Below, piece by piece: positions 10,045-20,028 of a stretch of 57,694 bases of DNA. Made by a program: the position numbers and the translations under genes. How positions within the stretch are numbered: the first letter of the stretch is position 1; each line of letters begins with the position of its first letter. The notes beneath the pieces are model-generated. The model saw nothing but the letters and a program-made list of their open reading frames with translations, did not search any database and had not been told where the DNA came from. Origin of the DNA: an uncultured archaeon (GTDB lineage Archaea > Aenigmatarchaeota > Aenigmatarchaeia > GW2011-AR5); assembly GCA_964456345.1 (NCBI GenBank), contig CAYVZO010000001.1:1-57694 (forward strand), read 5' to 3'.

Positions 10045-11328
10045 TTACCACGCAACCCCTTCAAAGCCCCTGACCTTGTTCCTGCCAAGTACCCTTCTTC
10101 CTTCTAGTATTATCCTGTTTCGCATTTTATCAAAATCCCTGTCTTCCAGCTGCCTGAACTCGTCCCAGTCCGTGAGTATCAGGCATGCATCAGCATTGTC
10201 AAGGCATTCTCCAATGTCTGCGTACGTTATTCCTGGAAACCTTTTCCTCATATTTTCAACCGCGTTTGGGTCGTACGCGCTGATGAACGCGCCTTTGTCT
10301 GTCAGCTCTTTTATTATAACTGCTGCTGGAGAATCCCTTACGTCGTCTGTTCCTGCCTTGAAAGACAGACCCAGTACAGCTATTTTCTTTCCTTTTACAT
10401 TAGTTTTTTTCTCGAGCAGCTCTATGATTTTCAAGGGCTGGCCTTTGTTTGTGTCAAGCATAGCCTTGATTAGCTTTGGTTCGCAACCAAGCTGGTCAGC
10501 TTTCTTTAGCAGCGCTGAAATGTCTTTTCTGAAGCAGGAACCGCCGAAGCCGATTCCTGCTTCCAAAAATAACTTGCCTATCCTCCTGTCGTAGCCGACC
10601 GCCTCTGCGACGTCGTAAACGTCTATTCCAAGCTTTTTGCATATGTTCCCTATTTCATTTATCAGTGATATCTTTGCCGCCAGGAACGTATTGGAAGCGT
10701 ATTTTATCATCTCTGCTGTCTTTATGTTTTTTCTCAAAATGGGCGTTTTTAATTTTTCATGGATTTTTTCAGCGATATCGCCGGATTTCTTGTCAAGCTC
10801 ACCTATGACTATCCTGTCAGGATTCAAGAAATCGTGCAAGGCTTTCCCCTCCCGCAGAAACTCAGGCACCATGCAAACCCCGAATTCGCCTGCTTTTTTG
10901 CCTGAGTGCCGCTCTAACTCAGGTATGACGATGTCATCTGTTGTGCCTGGCACGACAGTTGATTTTACAGCAATGACGTGATAACCATCTTTGTTCCTCA
11001 GCGCTTTGCCGAGTTCTCTGGAAACCTTCTTTACGTAGGTAAGGTCTATGCTTCCATCGTCTTTGGACGGCGTGCCAACTGCTATGAAACTTATTTCTGA
11101 ATTTTTTACTGCATAATCAGTGTCTGTAGTAGCTGTTATCTGCTTTGCCTCTACAGCTGCTTTGAGTCTCGCTTCGAGCCCGTCTTCGTAGATGGTCGGA
11201 ACTCCGTGATTTATTTTGTCTACCTTTTCTTTTTCTACGTCTACGCAGATTACCTTATGGCCCAGAGAGGCAAAGCCTACTGCAGTGCATAAACCGACGT
11301 ATCCTGAACCTATAATCGAGATGTCCAT
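10045..11328 (-). CDS. UDP-glucose/GDP-mannose 6-dehydrogenase family protein
   Basis: ISIIGSGYVGLCTAVGFA NAD-binding N-terminus and GFGGSCFRKD catalytic-Cys motif. 427 aa. Confidence 0.9.
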   Translation of the reverse strand: MDISIIGSGYVGLCTAVGFASLGHKVICVDVEKEKVDKINHGVPTIYEDGLEARLKAAVEAKQITATTDTDYAVKNSEISFIAVGTPSKDDGSIDLTYVKKVSRELGKALRNKDGYHVIAVKSTVVPGTTDDIVIPELERHSGKKAGEFGVCMVPEFLREGKALHDFLNPDRIVIGELDKKSGDIAEKIHEKLKTPILRKNIKTAEMIKYASNTFLAAKISLINEIGNICKKLGIDVYDVAEAVGYDRRIGKLFLEAGIGFGGSCFRKDISALLKKADQLGCEPKLIKAMLDTNKGQPLKIIELLEKKTNVKGKKIAVLGLSFKAGTDDVRDSPAAVIIKELTDKGAFISAYDPNAVENMRKRFPGITYADIGECLDNADACLILTDWDEFRQLEDRDFDKMRNRIILEGRRVLGRNKVRGFEGVAW

Positions 11329-11388
11329 AATTATCCACTAGATATCGTAATCTAAAAAATAATTAAAAGCTTTAAAATGATGTAGTTA

Positions 11389-12345
11389 TTGTTATTCATG
11401 TTGAAAAAATACCGGCTGGTGCTGATAACCATAAGTATTCTGATATTGCTGGCCATTGTATGGTTTGCAAACCCCCAGCTTCTTTTCTCCTACCTACTGA
11501 AAAGCGACATAAGGTTTGTGCTGCTTGGTCTTTTGGCATCAGGGCTTGCGCTTGTCATACGCGTATTGAAATGGTATGTCCTGCTTGATAACGTGAAATT
11601 CACAGAACTCATGCCGGTACAGCTCCTCGGGATAGCGATAAGCAACATGACGCCAGGCAAGGTGGCAGAGCCTGCAAAAGCTGTTCTTCTGAAATTGAGG
11701 ACAAATAAAGATGTGTCCAAGACCCTGCCTTCGGTCATCTGGGAGAGGCTGCTGGATATTATAATACTGGTGTCTTTTGCTCTATTCGGCATACAGCTAT
11801 TCGGCCTGAAGGCAAATTTCTACTCCTTAAGTGTGTTTGCTGTCGGGGCCTTTGTCTTGCTTATAGCCATGCTACTGGTTGTTCTGTTTATCAAAAGAGT
11901 TGGCATATTTGTCTTTAATACCCTGAGAAGGCTACCTTTGCTGAGCAGGGTTTCTGAGGATTTTGTCCATGCATTCTACGAAAAAAAGGTCAGGAAAAGG
12001 CGTCTGGTTATATGCTTCCCGATAACTGTTTTGCCGTGGATTCTCGACGGACTGGTTCTCTATTTTGCAGGGCTGGCTGTGGGTATTGAAATAACTCCGT
12101 TTGTAGCCATAGGTGTCATAACGCTCTCTGTGCTCATAGGCATTGCAAGCTCCCTGCCTGGCGGCCTTGGTTCAGCAGAGGCGGTTTCTATACTCCTCCT
12201 TGGGCTGGTTGGGATATCCAGCGCACCTGCTGCTGCAGTCGTCTTTCTCGCGCGCTTCCTTTCTTTCTGGTTCTCCATATTAATAGGCGGGCTGTCATTC
12301 ATCTATCTGAGCAAGAAAATAGACATGAAAGCATTGAAGTTCTAG
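11389..12345 (+). CDS. Flippase-like / lysylphosphatidylglycerol-synthase TM-region family (UPF0104) membrane protein
   Basis: 318 aa with about 8 TM helices. A VIRVLKWYVLL-type segment after TM2 is typical of the family. Divergent from the glycan operon. Confidence 0.55.
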   Translation: MLFMLKKYRLVLITISILILLAIVWFANPQLLFSYLLKSDIRFVLLGLLASGLALVIRVLKWYVLLDNVKFTELMPVQLLGIAISNMTPGKVAEPAKAVLLKLRTNKDVSKTLPSVIWERLLDIIILVSFALFGIQLFGLKANFYSLSVFAVGAFVLLIAMLLVVLFIKRVGIFVFNTLRRLPLLSRVSEDFVHAFYEKKVRKRRLVICFPITVLPWILDGLVLYFAGLAVGIEITPFVAIGVITLSVLIGIASSLPGGLGSAEAVSILLLGLVGISSAPAAAVVFLARFLSFWFSILIGGLSFIYLSKKIDMKALKF

Positions 12346-12564
12346 CTAAAGAAAAACAAGTTAATTCTATTCGTACCAAGAACGTGATTGATATGTTTAT
12401 TATTACAGCAGACAAGAGTTGAATTATTCTCTTCATAATAAACTCATGCCTTTCGGGTACGGCGTATCTTTCGTTTTCTGGCATAGTAAAAATTTGTATA
12501 TAGGATATGTTCATATATTTCGATATCAAAAAAGAATTAGCCTCTGCTGTCTTTGCACTATTAT

Positions 12565-13614
12565 TCATATTACTGCAGGCACACGTTTCGCTGCGAATCC
12601 TATGAGTTTTCTCTTCGGCATTCTCCAGAACGCATCCGTAAGATGGTCATAGTCAAAATCAGGCACGTCTTTCACGCAGTCGAAAAAGTCGTCTATATCT
12701 TTGTTCGTGAGTTTCCGGTATAGCTTCCTCAGCCACAGCTGTTTCCTTATCTCAAAACCGAAATCCTTTTTCCATGCGTCCTCGTATTTTCCAAGCACTT
12801 GCCTGTCGAACCTCTGCCTAGCAAAGGCATTTCTTATTGTATCTGCAGCGTGCCTTGCTGCTGTCAGCGAGAAGACGATTCCTCCGCCTGTGACAGGCTT
12901 GACCTGGCCGCATGAATCACCAACCAATAAAGCGCGGTTGGAAAAAGACTTTGTATATCCAATCGGTATCTGTGCCGCGTAGATACGCCCACCAGGAAGT
13001 CCCATGCTGTCTTTGAAGTACTGCAGATATTCGCGCGGTCTTATGTTTGTTATAAGGCCGTACTCGTTTTTCGGAACAATCCACGAAAAGAACTCAGGCG
13101 AGTAGTACTTATTGAAATAAACAGATATGTTTTTCTTTATCTTCTTCTTCGTCTTGACGAGCATGCCCAAGAAAAGCTCAGGATCCCTTATACCCAGTTC
13201 CCTGCGCACTAGCGAATTTGCGCCGTCCGCACCGACAACAAGCTGCGCTTCATGGCACCCTTTGTCTGTTGTGACCAATACACCCTCATCAACTATCTCG
13301 ACCTTTTCAGCCTTCTCGTATCGCGGCTTCTTAAGCTTCCTCAAAAAATGTGAAAATTTTTTTCTCTCTAGCAGGTAAGAGAAGTCTTTCTCTACCACAA
13401 TCTTCCTGTTTGCAGAAACAAGCTCCATGCAGCTTATCCTGTCCTTTATGACGCGCCTGTCGTTCACGAATTCCCTGAATTTTTTCGAAACAATTCCGCT
13501 GTCTTTTATTGTTATTTTGCGCTCTTTTTCAAGAAGGATTACGTCAAACTCGGGCAGCAGACTTGCAAGATACGGGCCTGCCACTCCTGCGCCCACGATT
13601 ATTACATCATGCAT
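12565..13614 (-). CDS. Geranylgeranyl reductase family FAD-dependent oxidoreductase
   Basis: DVIIVGAGVAGPYLA dinucleotide-binding motif, VVGADGANSLVRR and LVGDSCGQVKPVTGGGI motifs. Confidence 0.75.
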   Translation of the reverse strand: MHDVIIVGAGVAGPYLASLLPEFDVILLEKERKITIKDSGIVSKKFREFVNDRRVIKDRISCMELVSANRKIVVEKDFSYLLERKKFSHFLRKLKKPRYEKAEKVEIVDEGVLVTTDKGCHEAQLVVGADGANSLVRRELGIRDPELFLGMLVKTKKKIKKNISVYFNKYYSPEFFSWIVPKNEYGLITNIRPREYLQYFKDSMGLPGGRIYAAQIPIGYTKSFSNRALLVGDSCGQVKPVTGGGIVFSLTAARHAADTIRNAFARQRFDRQVLGKYEDAWKKDFGFEIRKQLWLRKLYRKLTNKDIDDFFDCVKDVPDFDYDHLTDAFWRMPKRKLIGFAAKRVPAVI

Positions 13615-13688
13615 TTTTATGCGTATTGCGAAAAACTATTAAAAACTTGGTCGATTTGCACGAATCGTCTACATAATAATTAAAAGTT

Positions 13689-14555
13689 ATGCAAAAGATG
13701 ATTAATATTGAAAATATTTTAGTGATACAAATGATTGAGAAGGGTGGCTTGTGGAAATTCCTCGTCTTTATACCCATTGCTCTGCTTCTCTTCTCTGTTT
13801 TTGTTATTTTTTCGAATATCTTGGAGAGGGGTTTCATAATAGAAAGGGACGTCGAACTTGCAGGCGGAAAGATGATAACAATCGATATCGGCAACCAGGA
13901 ACCTGACTTGGACGCGATAAAGGATGCGATACCTTATGCGTCTGTACATGTTGCATCAGGGCTTACAAACAGCCTGATAGTCGAGATATCATACGAAGAA
14001 GACGAGGAAAAAGTAATAAACGAGTTGCACAAGTATGTGGACGGGGAGTCAAGCATAAGGACAATCGGGCCTGCTATGAGCGAGGTTTTCTGGGAGCAAA
14101 CGCAGATAGCAATAATAGTAGCTTTCGTGTTCATAGCACTGATAATATTCATCCTGTTCAGGAGCCCTGTACCATGCTCGCTCGTCGTGTTCGCTGCTGC
14201 AACAGACATCATCGCAACCGTAGCCATAATGAGCATTGTCGGCATAAAGCTCTCGCTTCCAGTTCTCGCCGCGCTTCTTATGCTGATTGGCTACTCTGTT
14301 GATACGGACATACTACTGACTTCAGAGGTAATGAAACGCCGCGAGAAAGAGCTTCCTGCGCGGATAAGGACTGCGATGAAGACCGGGCTCACCATGACCA
14401 CAACTACTCTTGCTGCTCTTGTGGCGATATATTTTGTCACAGGATCGTTTGTTCTGGAGCAGATCGCTATTGTTTTGATGATTGGCCTTTCAATTGACAT
14501 TCCTTCAACATGGTTCACCAACGCAGGCCTTCTAAGGCTCTGGGTGAAAGAATGA
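13689..14555 (+). CDS. secF: Protein-export membrane protein SecF
   Basis: C-terminal 6-TM SecD/F domain with IGYSVDTDILLTSEV. The exact start among several Met codons is uncertain. Confidence 0.8.
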   Translation: MQKMINIENILVIQMIEKGGLWKFLVFIPIALLLFSVFVIFSNILERGFIIERDVELAGGKMITIDIGNQEPDLDAIKDAIPYASVHVASGLTNSLIVEISYEEDEEKVINELHKYVDGESSIRTIGPAMSEVFWEQTQIAIIVAFVFIALIIFILFRSPVPCSLVVFAAATDIIATVAIMSIVGIKLSLPVLAALLMLIGYSVDTDILLTSEVMKRREKELPARIRTAMKTGLTMTTTTLAALVAIYFVTGSFVLEQIAIVLMIGLSIDIPSTWFTNAGLLRLWVKE

Positions 14556-16141
14556 GATCCATCAATGTACGTATAGCAATATGGCTGTTCTTTGTAGTCG
14601 TATCAGTCCTTCTTATAGGGCCAAACTTTAATCCAGTAGGGCTTGTTGTCGATTCTGCCAGCAACACGACTGCTATCTCAGCAGGCGACATCATCTATGA
14701 AATAGACGGCAAGATAGCGACTGTAGATGACCTGGAAAAAGATTATTACGGAAGCGTTACCCTGGATACAAATAAAGGGAAAAAAATAATGATGGCCAAC
14801 GGCTCTCTGGGCATAAGTGCTGAGCCGGTAAGTATGACCAATCTTATTTTTGGCCTTGATATAAAAGGCGGTACAAGGGCCATTGTAAAGCCGGACTCTA
14901 CGGAAAACAATACAATAGACAGGATAATCTCCACCCTGCAGACGAGGATAAACGTGTACGGGCTTCGCGACTCAAGCTTCAGGCCGTTGATGTACAAAGA
15001 TCAAGGATACATAGAGATAACAATGGCAGGCGGGACACAGAAGGAGCTTAAAGAGCTTCTCGAGCGCCAGGGAAAGTTCGAGGCTCACATCCCTCTGCGC
15101 ATAGAGCTTGCCAACAATACCGGAACGATAAATCTCGACAAGGAATACAAGATGATTGTTAACGAAAAGCTTTCAATACCTTCTGCTGGTATAGAAGCAG
15201 GTGTCGGTGAGGAATTCACACTTGCAGGCATTCCTTTCATAGTGAACAGCCTAGACGAGGTTGTAAACATAACGTCCATTGTTTATACAGGTGATGATAT
15301 CGTCAGCGTCTTTCTTTCAGGGCAGACTGCTAAGGAAGGCGGGTACTATAGATGGGAGTTTCCTGTACAGATATCCATGCACGGAGCTGAGAAGTTTGCG
15401 TGGATAACGCAAAACGTGCCAAGAAGGCTCGAACACCTGGAATCGAAGATATACCTCTACCTGGACAATAACCTTATTGACAGCCTTAATATAGCAGCCG
15501 GACTAAAAGGTAAGGCAGAGACGAACATTCTGGTAACAGGTGGCTCAGACACCCAAGAAGAAGCTATAGAAGAACGGACACGCCTGCAGTCGATACTTCG
15601 TTCAGGTGCACTGCCTGCGGGCATAGAAGTAGTGCAACTGGAGGACATCTCCCCGAACTTGGGCACCGGGTTCGTCAAAAATGCTATTATAGCCGGGCTT
15701 GCTGCTGTACTCGGGGTCTCAATAGTAGTTTTGTTGAGGTACAGGAACCTGCTCATAGTAGGGCCTATGATCATTGTCTCTCTAAGCGAGATTCTCATAA
15801 TACTCGGCGTGTCCGTTCTTATCAAGTGGACAATAGACCTAGCTGCAATAGCAGGCATAATAGCAGCTGTGGGCACTGGCATAGATTCGCAAATCATAAT
15901 ACTTGACCAGACCCTGCGTAAGGAAGCACGTGAGGAGACGCTTCGCGAACGGCTTTCTCGCGCATTCTTCATAATATTCGGCGCAGGAGGCGTTGTCATC
16001 GCAGCCATGCTGCCTTTGATGACGCTAGGCTTTGGCCTGCTGCGGGGCTTTGCTATAACCACCATGATAGGCGTGCTGGCAGGCATACTGATAACAAGGC
16101 CTGCCTTCGGAGAAATCGTAAGGAGAATCGTCAAAGAATAG
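14552..16141 (+). CDS. secD: Protein-export membrane protein SecD
   Basis: N-terminal TM helix, large periplasmic domain (GLDIKGG) and C-terminal TM bundle with AGIIAAVGTGIDSQIII. The ATG at 14552 overlaps the secF TGA. Confidence 0.8.
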   Translation: MRSINVRIAIWLFFVVVSVLLIGPNFNPVGLVVDSASNTTAISAGDIIYEIDGKIATVDDLEKDYYGSVTLDTNKGKKIMMANGSLGISAEPVSMTNLIFGLDIKGGTRAIVKPDSTENNTIDRIISTLQTRINVYGLRDSSFRPLMYKDQGYIEITMAGGTQKELKELLERQGKFEAHIPLRIELANNTGTINLDKEYKMIVNEKLSIPSAGIEAGVGEEFTLAGIPFIVNSLDEVVNITSIVYTGDDIVSVFLSGQTAKEGGYYRWEFPVQISMHGAEKFAWITQNVPRRLEHLESKIYLYLDNNLIDSLNIAAGLKGKAETNILVTGGSDTQEEAIEERTRLQSILRSGALPAGIEVVQLEDISPNLGTGFVKNAIIAGLAAVLGVSIVVLLRYRNLLIVGPMIIVSLSEILIILGVSVLIKWTIDLAAIAGIIAAVGTGIDSQIIILDQTLRKEAREETLRERLSRAFFIIFGAGGVVIAAMLPLMTLGFGLLRGFAITTMIGVLAGILITRPAFGEIVRRIVKE

Positions 16142-16180
16142 GCTTAAGTAAATTTACGTGATTTTTTCTTTGGTGTAGAT

Positions 16181-17656
16181 ATGTCAGGTGTAACTGGTGC
16201 TTACTCTTTGCTGAATCCTAACGTTGTAGTTGACTATACCTTCAAACCACTTTCTTTCATACAGCACAGGGGGGAAATAGGTGCAGGTATTACTGTTGGT
16301 AAAAATGGGGGGTTCTCTCCTCCGCATAAGGAGCTTGGCAACAGGGTTTATATAATTTTCCAGCGCTGTTTAGACCAGCTTAAAATGATTGAACCGAATG
16401 TTGCTGTTGCTCACACCAAGTTTGGGAAAAAGGACCAGCTGCAGCCTAATACGTATGACACTGGCGGAAGGTATAAAACAGCATTTGCAAAAGACGGCAA
16501 TGTAATCGGTATGAGCTCTTACGAAACTGGCGCTTTCTTGCACGATTGCCTAGAAGAGACCCAAGATATCTATCATGCAGCGGAAAAATTTATGAAAGAG
16601 CTGTACGGAAGAGGTGCTTATAGCATTGTCTGGTCCATAGTCGATAAGAAAAACGGTGACATGAAATTAGTCGGCATTCGGGACCCTTTCGGAATCAACC
16701 CTTTCTGCAAAGGCGAAAAAGATGGTGCCTATTTATTATGTTCCGAGACCATTGGCATCAGGTCAGTTGGCGCAAGATGCAGTGGTTTTGTTGAGCCTGG
16801 AGGTGTGGTTGTTTTTTATGAAGATAAAGAATTGCCAACCGAGGTTGTTGTAGAAGCCCCTAGGCATTACCATGATTTTTTCGAATACCTGTATACTGCA
16901 AGCCCGTTTTCAGAGCTGGACGGTGCTGGAAGAAGCAATTTTGAGATAAGGTATGATATAGGCAGGGATCTGGCCTACAAGTTTCCTGTAGATGCTGACA
17001 TTTATGCCGGTTCTCCTGATTCTGGAATTCCGGTTTCCCTTGGCTATATAAGAGGTATAAATGAACAGATCCTGGAAAGCCTGCAGAAGGATGGGAAAAG
17101 AGTAACTATGGATGACTTGAAAGAGTTCCTAATGCCAATAGGAAAGAACCGCGGTGCTGTAAGAACATTCTTTGCTGACCCCAGTGTAAGGGACATGGAA
17201 TCTGAATTGAAATTTGTTTTTAATGAAAGCATAATCACCCCTGGCTTGAGGATAATAAATCCGGATGAGGTGTGTTTTAACGAAGTAGCGGGAAGGAAAG
17301 TTGTTGTCATCGATGACAGCCTTGTCAAAGGCACTGTTTATGACAGCACAATCAGTAAAATAGAATATTGTGGCGGCGTATTTAGTGGGCTTGTCCTTTC
17401 AAGTCCTGCCTTGGTGGCGAATTCCATAAGAGATTTTGATGATACGAAGCAGAGGCTTCTTCACGGTCATTGGGACAAAACAAATGAAGAAAAAATGAGG
17501 ATAGCCAGCGAGAAACTTGGTTATCCGGTTTATTATTCTGAAATACCTGACGTTGTCAGGCAGATAGGGATTGAAGACCTGGATTTAGGAACAGTAAGTG
17601 GATGGTTCCCTCTAAAGAAAGAGTACCTGCCAGACGGGTATAGGTCCCTTTTATAG
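16181..17656 (+). CDS. Amidophosphoribosyltransferase (PurF)-like protein, divergent, lacking the N-terminal Cys nucleophile
   Basis: IQHRGEIGAGI, IRDPFGINPF, CSETIG, FFEYLYTASP, GSPDSGIPVSLGY, VRTFFADP and the PRTase loop VVVIDDSLVKGT parallel PurF motifs. The N-terminus is MSGVTG rather than MCGI. Confidence 0.6.
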   Translation: MSGVTGAYSLLNPNVVVDYTFKPLSFIQHRGEIGAGITVGKNGGFSPPHKELGNRVYIIFQRCLDQLKMIEPNVAVAHTKFGKKDQLQPNTYDTGGRYKTAFAKDGNVIGMSSYETGAFLHDCLEETQDIYHAAEKFMKELYGRGAYSIVWSIVDKKNGDMKLVGIRDPFGINPFCKGEKDGAYLLCSETIGIRSVGARCSGFVEPGGVVVFYEDKELPTEVVVEAPRHYHDFFEYLYTASPFSELDGAGRSNFEIRYDIGRDLAYKFPVDADIYAGSPDSGIPVSLGYIRGINEQILESLQKDGKRVTMDDLKEFLMPIGKNRGAVRTFFADPSVRDMESELKFVFNESIITPGLRIINPDEVCFNEVAGRKVVVIDDSLVKGTVYDSTISKIEYCGGVFSGLVLSSPALVANSIRDFDDTKQRLLHGHWDKTNEEKMRIASEKLGYPVYYSEIPDVVRQIGIEDLDLGTVSGWFPLKKEYLPDGYRSLL

Positions 17657-17657
17657 C

Positions 17658-17891
17658 CTATTTCTTCAGAGAGAATAACCCGTACGTTAAGAATAGTACT
17701 CCTGCTATGGTCTTTATCGAAAGATAGAGCCAGTTTATAACAAGCATTTCTATGGCCAGCATTGGCGTTGTCTCCACGACAACAAGTATGCTTATAACGG
17801 ACTCTATTATGAATATGAGACCGAGAAGCAGAACACCGGACGAGAGTATCCTCTGCGTACTTATCGTACGTTTATACTTTTTCTTTGCCAT
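17658..17891 (-). CDS. Small membrane protein (2 TM), hypothetical
   Basis: 77 aa with two hydrophobic helices. It starts immediately after the stop of the NAC gene. Confidence 0.4.
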   Translation of the reverse strand: MAKKKYKRTISTQRILSSGVLLLGLIFIIESVISILVVVETTPMLAIEMLVINWLYLSIKTIAGVLFLTYGLFSLKK

Positions 17892-18224
17892 TCATTTCCC
17901 CTCAAGTTCCATTATGGCTTTTGCCAGGTCGTTGTCAAGCTCTTCCAACTTTTTGACAACAGTTGTCCTGTCTTTGCCTGTCTTTTCCATGACCATTTTT
18001 ATATCGTCCTCACTTACCTGCGATGATTCGCTTACCTCACCGCTTATCTGGTAAACTTCCTTGCCCATCATGTCTGTTATCATGACCTCTGGCTTGGAGA
18101 TTATTACGTTTTTGTCATGGCATTTTATTATTACTTCCTCTGCTTCGAGCTCACGCACGTTCATGTTGAGCTTCTTCATCATTTCCTGCACTTTCTTCGG
18201 GCTCATCTTACCTGGCAGCATCAT
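17892..18224 (-). CDS. nac: Nascent polypeptide-associated complex protein (archaeal NAC)
   Basis: NAC domain (VRELEAEEVIIKCHDKNVIISKPEVMI...YQISGE) followed by a UBA-like tail (SEDDIKMVMEKTGKDRTTVVKKLEE). Confidence 0.8.
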   Translation of the reverse strand: MMLPGKMSPKKVQEMMKKLNMNVRELEAEEVIIKCHDKNVIISKPEVMITDMMGKEVYQISGEVSESSQVSEDDIKMVMEKTGKDRTTVVKKLEELDNDLAKAIMELEGK

Positions 18225-18266
18225 AAAAACATCTATTCTTATTTATCACGTGCTTATTATTTAAAT

Positions 18267-19457
18267 ATGTTTGAGTTTGCCTTGCTTCTTTTGCTCGGCA
18301 TCCTTGCTGGAGTGGTAATGGGGCTTATACCAGGCATCCACCCGAACCTTATAGTATTGACAGTGCCCTTTCTGCTCGTCCTGGATATAGCGTCGTTATA
18401 CCTCCTGGTTTTCATGGTTGCCATGGCAGTAACCAACAGCATAGTGGATTTCATACCATCTATATTTCTGGGCGCGCCTGATTCAGGCAACGAGCTGTCC
18501 ATACTGCCTGGGCACAGGATGCTTCTTTCTGGTCAGGGCTACCAGGCAGTGAAACTCACTGTTATAGGCGGTGTGGGCTCTGTCATTGTCTGTGTGCTGC
18601 TGCTGCCTTTTTTGGTTTTTATTGTGCCTTTTCTCTTCAGAATCCTTGGTAATTATATCTTCGTCCTGCTGGCAGGAATTGTCCTTGCTATGGTCCTGAG
18701 CGAGCCAGGGAAGAAAAAGATTGTCGCGATAGCCTGTTTTTCCCTTGCAGGCGTGATCGGCCTTCTTGCAGCCAGGCTTCCTATAGACAGTAATCTTGTG
18801 CTTTTTCCTATATTTTCGGGTTTCTTCGGTCTCAGCCTGCTTGTGCTTCAGCTGAAGAACAATGTCGTGGTGCCTAAACAGAAGAAAAGCGAGGGCTTCA
18901 TTTCTTCTCGGCTCATAAACCGCTCGATATTGTCAGGCTCGTTCGGAGGCGTTGTCTCCGGCCTTCTTCCTGGCGTAGGCTCAAGCGAGATTGCGTCTCT
19001 CGTCAGCATGAACAGGAATGACAGGTCTTTCCTAATCTCGATAGGTGCATTGACAACCGCGAATATAATAATTTCCCTTCTTGCTTTGTGGTTAATAGGC
19101 AAAACAAGAGCAGGCGTGGCTGTGGCAATAAACCAGCTTATGGCTATTGGAACGAACGAATTCTTGGTTATAATATTCGCCTCTCTGGCTGCCTGCGGGG
19201 TAGCTGCTGTTGCGACTTTGATACTGGCAAAAGTAATACTCAACAAGATTCAGGGAATAAATTACAGCACTATTAGTTTGTTCGTGATTGTCATGCTGGT
19301 CTCTCTGATTGCCATATTTACCGGATTCTATGGTCTCGTCCTTGCGTTAACGTGCTGCTCCTTGGGTATATTCACGAATCTCGCAGGAGTAAAGCGCGGA
19401 AACCTCATGGGTGTATTAATATTGCCGACAATATTGTTTTACATCGGGTTCTTGTAG
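18267..19457 (+). CDS. TctA-family (DUF112) tripartite tricarboxylate-transporter-like permease
   Basis: Polytopic protein with GLIPGIHPN and GLLPGVGSSE loops characteristic of DUF112. The ATG at 18267 avoids overlap with the NAC gene. Confidence 0.65.
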   Translation: MFEFALLLLLGILAGVVMGLIPGIHPNLIVLTVPFLLVLDIASLYLLVFMVAMAVTNSIVDFIPSIFLGAPDSGNELSILPGHRMLLSGQGYQAVKLTVIGGVGSVIVCVLLLPFLVFIVPFLFRILGNYIFVLLAGIVLAMVLSEPGKKKIVAIACFSLAGVIGLLAARLPIDSNLVLFPIFSGFFGLSLLVLQLKNNVVVPKQKKSEGFISSRLINRSILSGSFGGVVSGLLPGVGSSEIASLVSMNRNDRSFLISIGALTTANIIISLLALWLIGKTRAGVAVAINQLMAIGTNEFLVIIFASLAACGVAAVATLILAKVILNKIQGINYSTISLFVIVMLVSLIAIFTGFYGLVLALTCCSLGIFTNLAGVKRGNLMGVLILPTILFYIGFL

Positions 19458-19523
19458 TTAATAGTTAGATTTAAAAGGTTTGTAGCTGATTTTATGATAT
19501 TTTACACACAAGGAGGTTATTGG

Positions 19524-19700
19524 ATGGCAGAAATGCTGGTAGTAAAAAGCAAGGTTAAGGAATATGCAAAAAAGAAGAAGATGAGCTTTGGCGGAGATGC
19601 TGCTGATGCTCTGAGCAGGGAAGTTGCAGCTTTGGTTGATAAGGCAATAGCCAGGGCCAAGGCAAACAAAAGAGCAACAGTAAAGGGAAGAGATATCTGA
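19524..19700 (+). CDS. Small histone-fold-like (DUF1931-type) protein
   Basis: MAEMLVVKSKVKEYAKK...FGGDAADALSREVAALVDKAIARAKANKRATVKGRDI. AGGAGG lies 7 nt upstream of the ATG at 19524. Confidence 0.55.
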   Translation: MAEMLVVKSKVKEYAKKKKMSFGGDAADALSREVAALVDKAIARAKANKRATVKGRDI

Positions 19701-19791
19701 TAAGCTTTCATAAAGGATTAAGAAAAATTCCCTGCTTTTTCTTTTATTTTTGCTGTAACATTTATACTCCGGTCTAATTCTTAAAGAAACT

Positions 19792-19998
19792 TTACCCAAT
19801 ATACGAGTCATCTGGCAGAACAAGGTCTTCTGGTCTTGTCACGCTGTCGATATCAGGCTCTTCTGGTTCTTCTGTAATTGTTTTTCTTACCCTCCTACCA
19901 ACAGGTCCTAGATATCTGCTCGTAACCTTGTCGCCTTTTCTTATTGACTCGTAATAGTACTTTCTGCCATTGATGGTTTTGATGTGTTTGTTAGGCAT
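19792..19998 (-). CDS. Hypothetical small basic protein with acidic tail
   Basis: 68 aa. INGRKYYYESIRKGDKVTSRYLG, then an acidic, Pro-rich C-terminus. No family assignment possible. Confidence 0.4.
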   Translation of the reverse strand: MPNKHIKTINGRKYYYESIRKGDKVTSRYLGPVGRRVRKTITEEPEEPDIDSVTRPEDLVLPDDSYIG

Positions 19999-20017
19999 GG
20001 AATCACTCTAATTCGTT

Positions 20018-20028
20018 GTGAAGTTCAC
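20018..20028. promoter_or_regulatory. Perfect 11-bp palindrome GTGAAGTTCAC upstream of the small ORF 19792..19998
   Basis: Read directly from the sequence. It has the same GTGAA half-site as the 47-kb iteron array. Confidence 0.35.

Noticed and set aside
9950-10594. 214-aa ORF antisense to the UDP-sugar dehydrogenase gene
   Set aside because: It is fully embedded opposite a gene with strong family motifs. The product is low-complexity and Ser/Leu/Pro-rich, typical of a shadow ORF.
12299-12568. 89-aa ORF whose ATG overlaps the TGA of the geranylgeranyl reductase gene (ATGA)
   Set aside because: The product has no motifs and odd composition, and it overlaps the 3' end of the convergent membrane-protein gene by 47 nt. 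Coupling geometry alone is not enough.
15457-16134. 225-aa ORF antisense to secD
   Set aside because: Shadow ORF opposite a well-supported gene. The composition is rich in Ser/Arg/Pro/Ala with no motifs.
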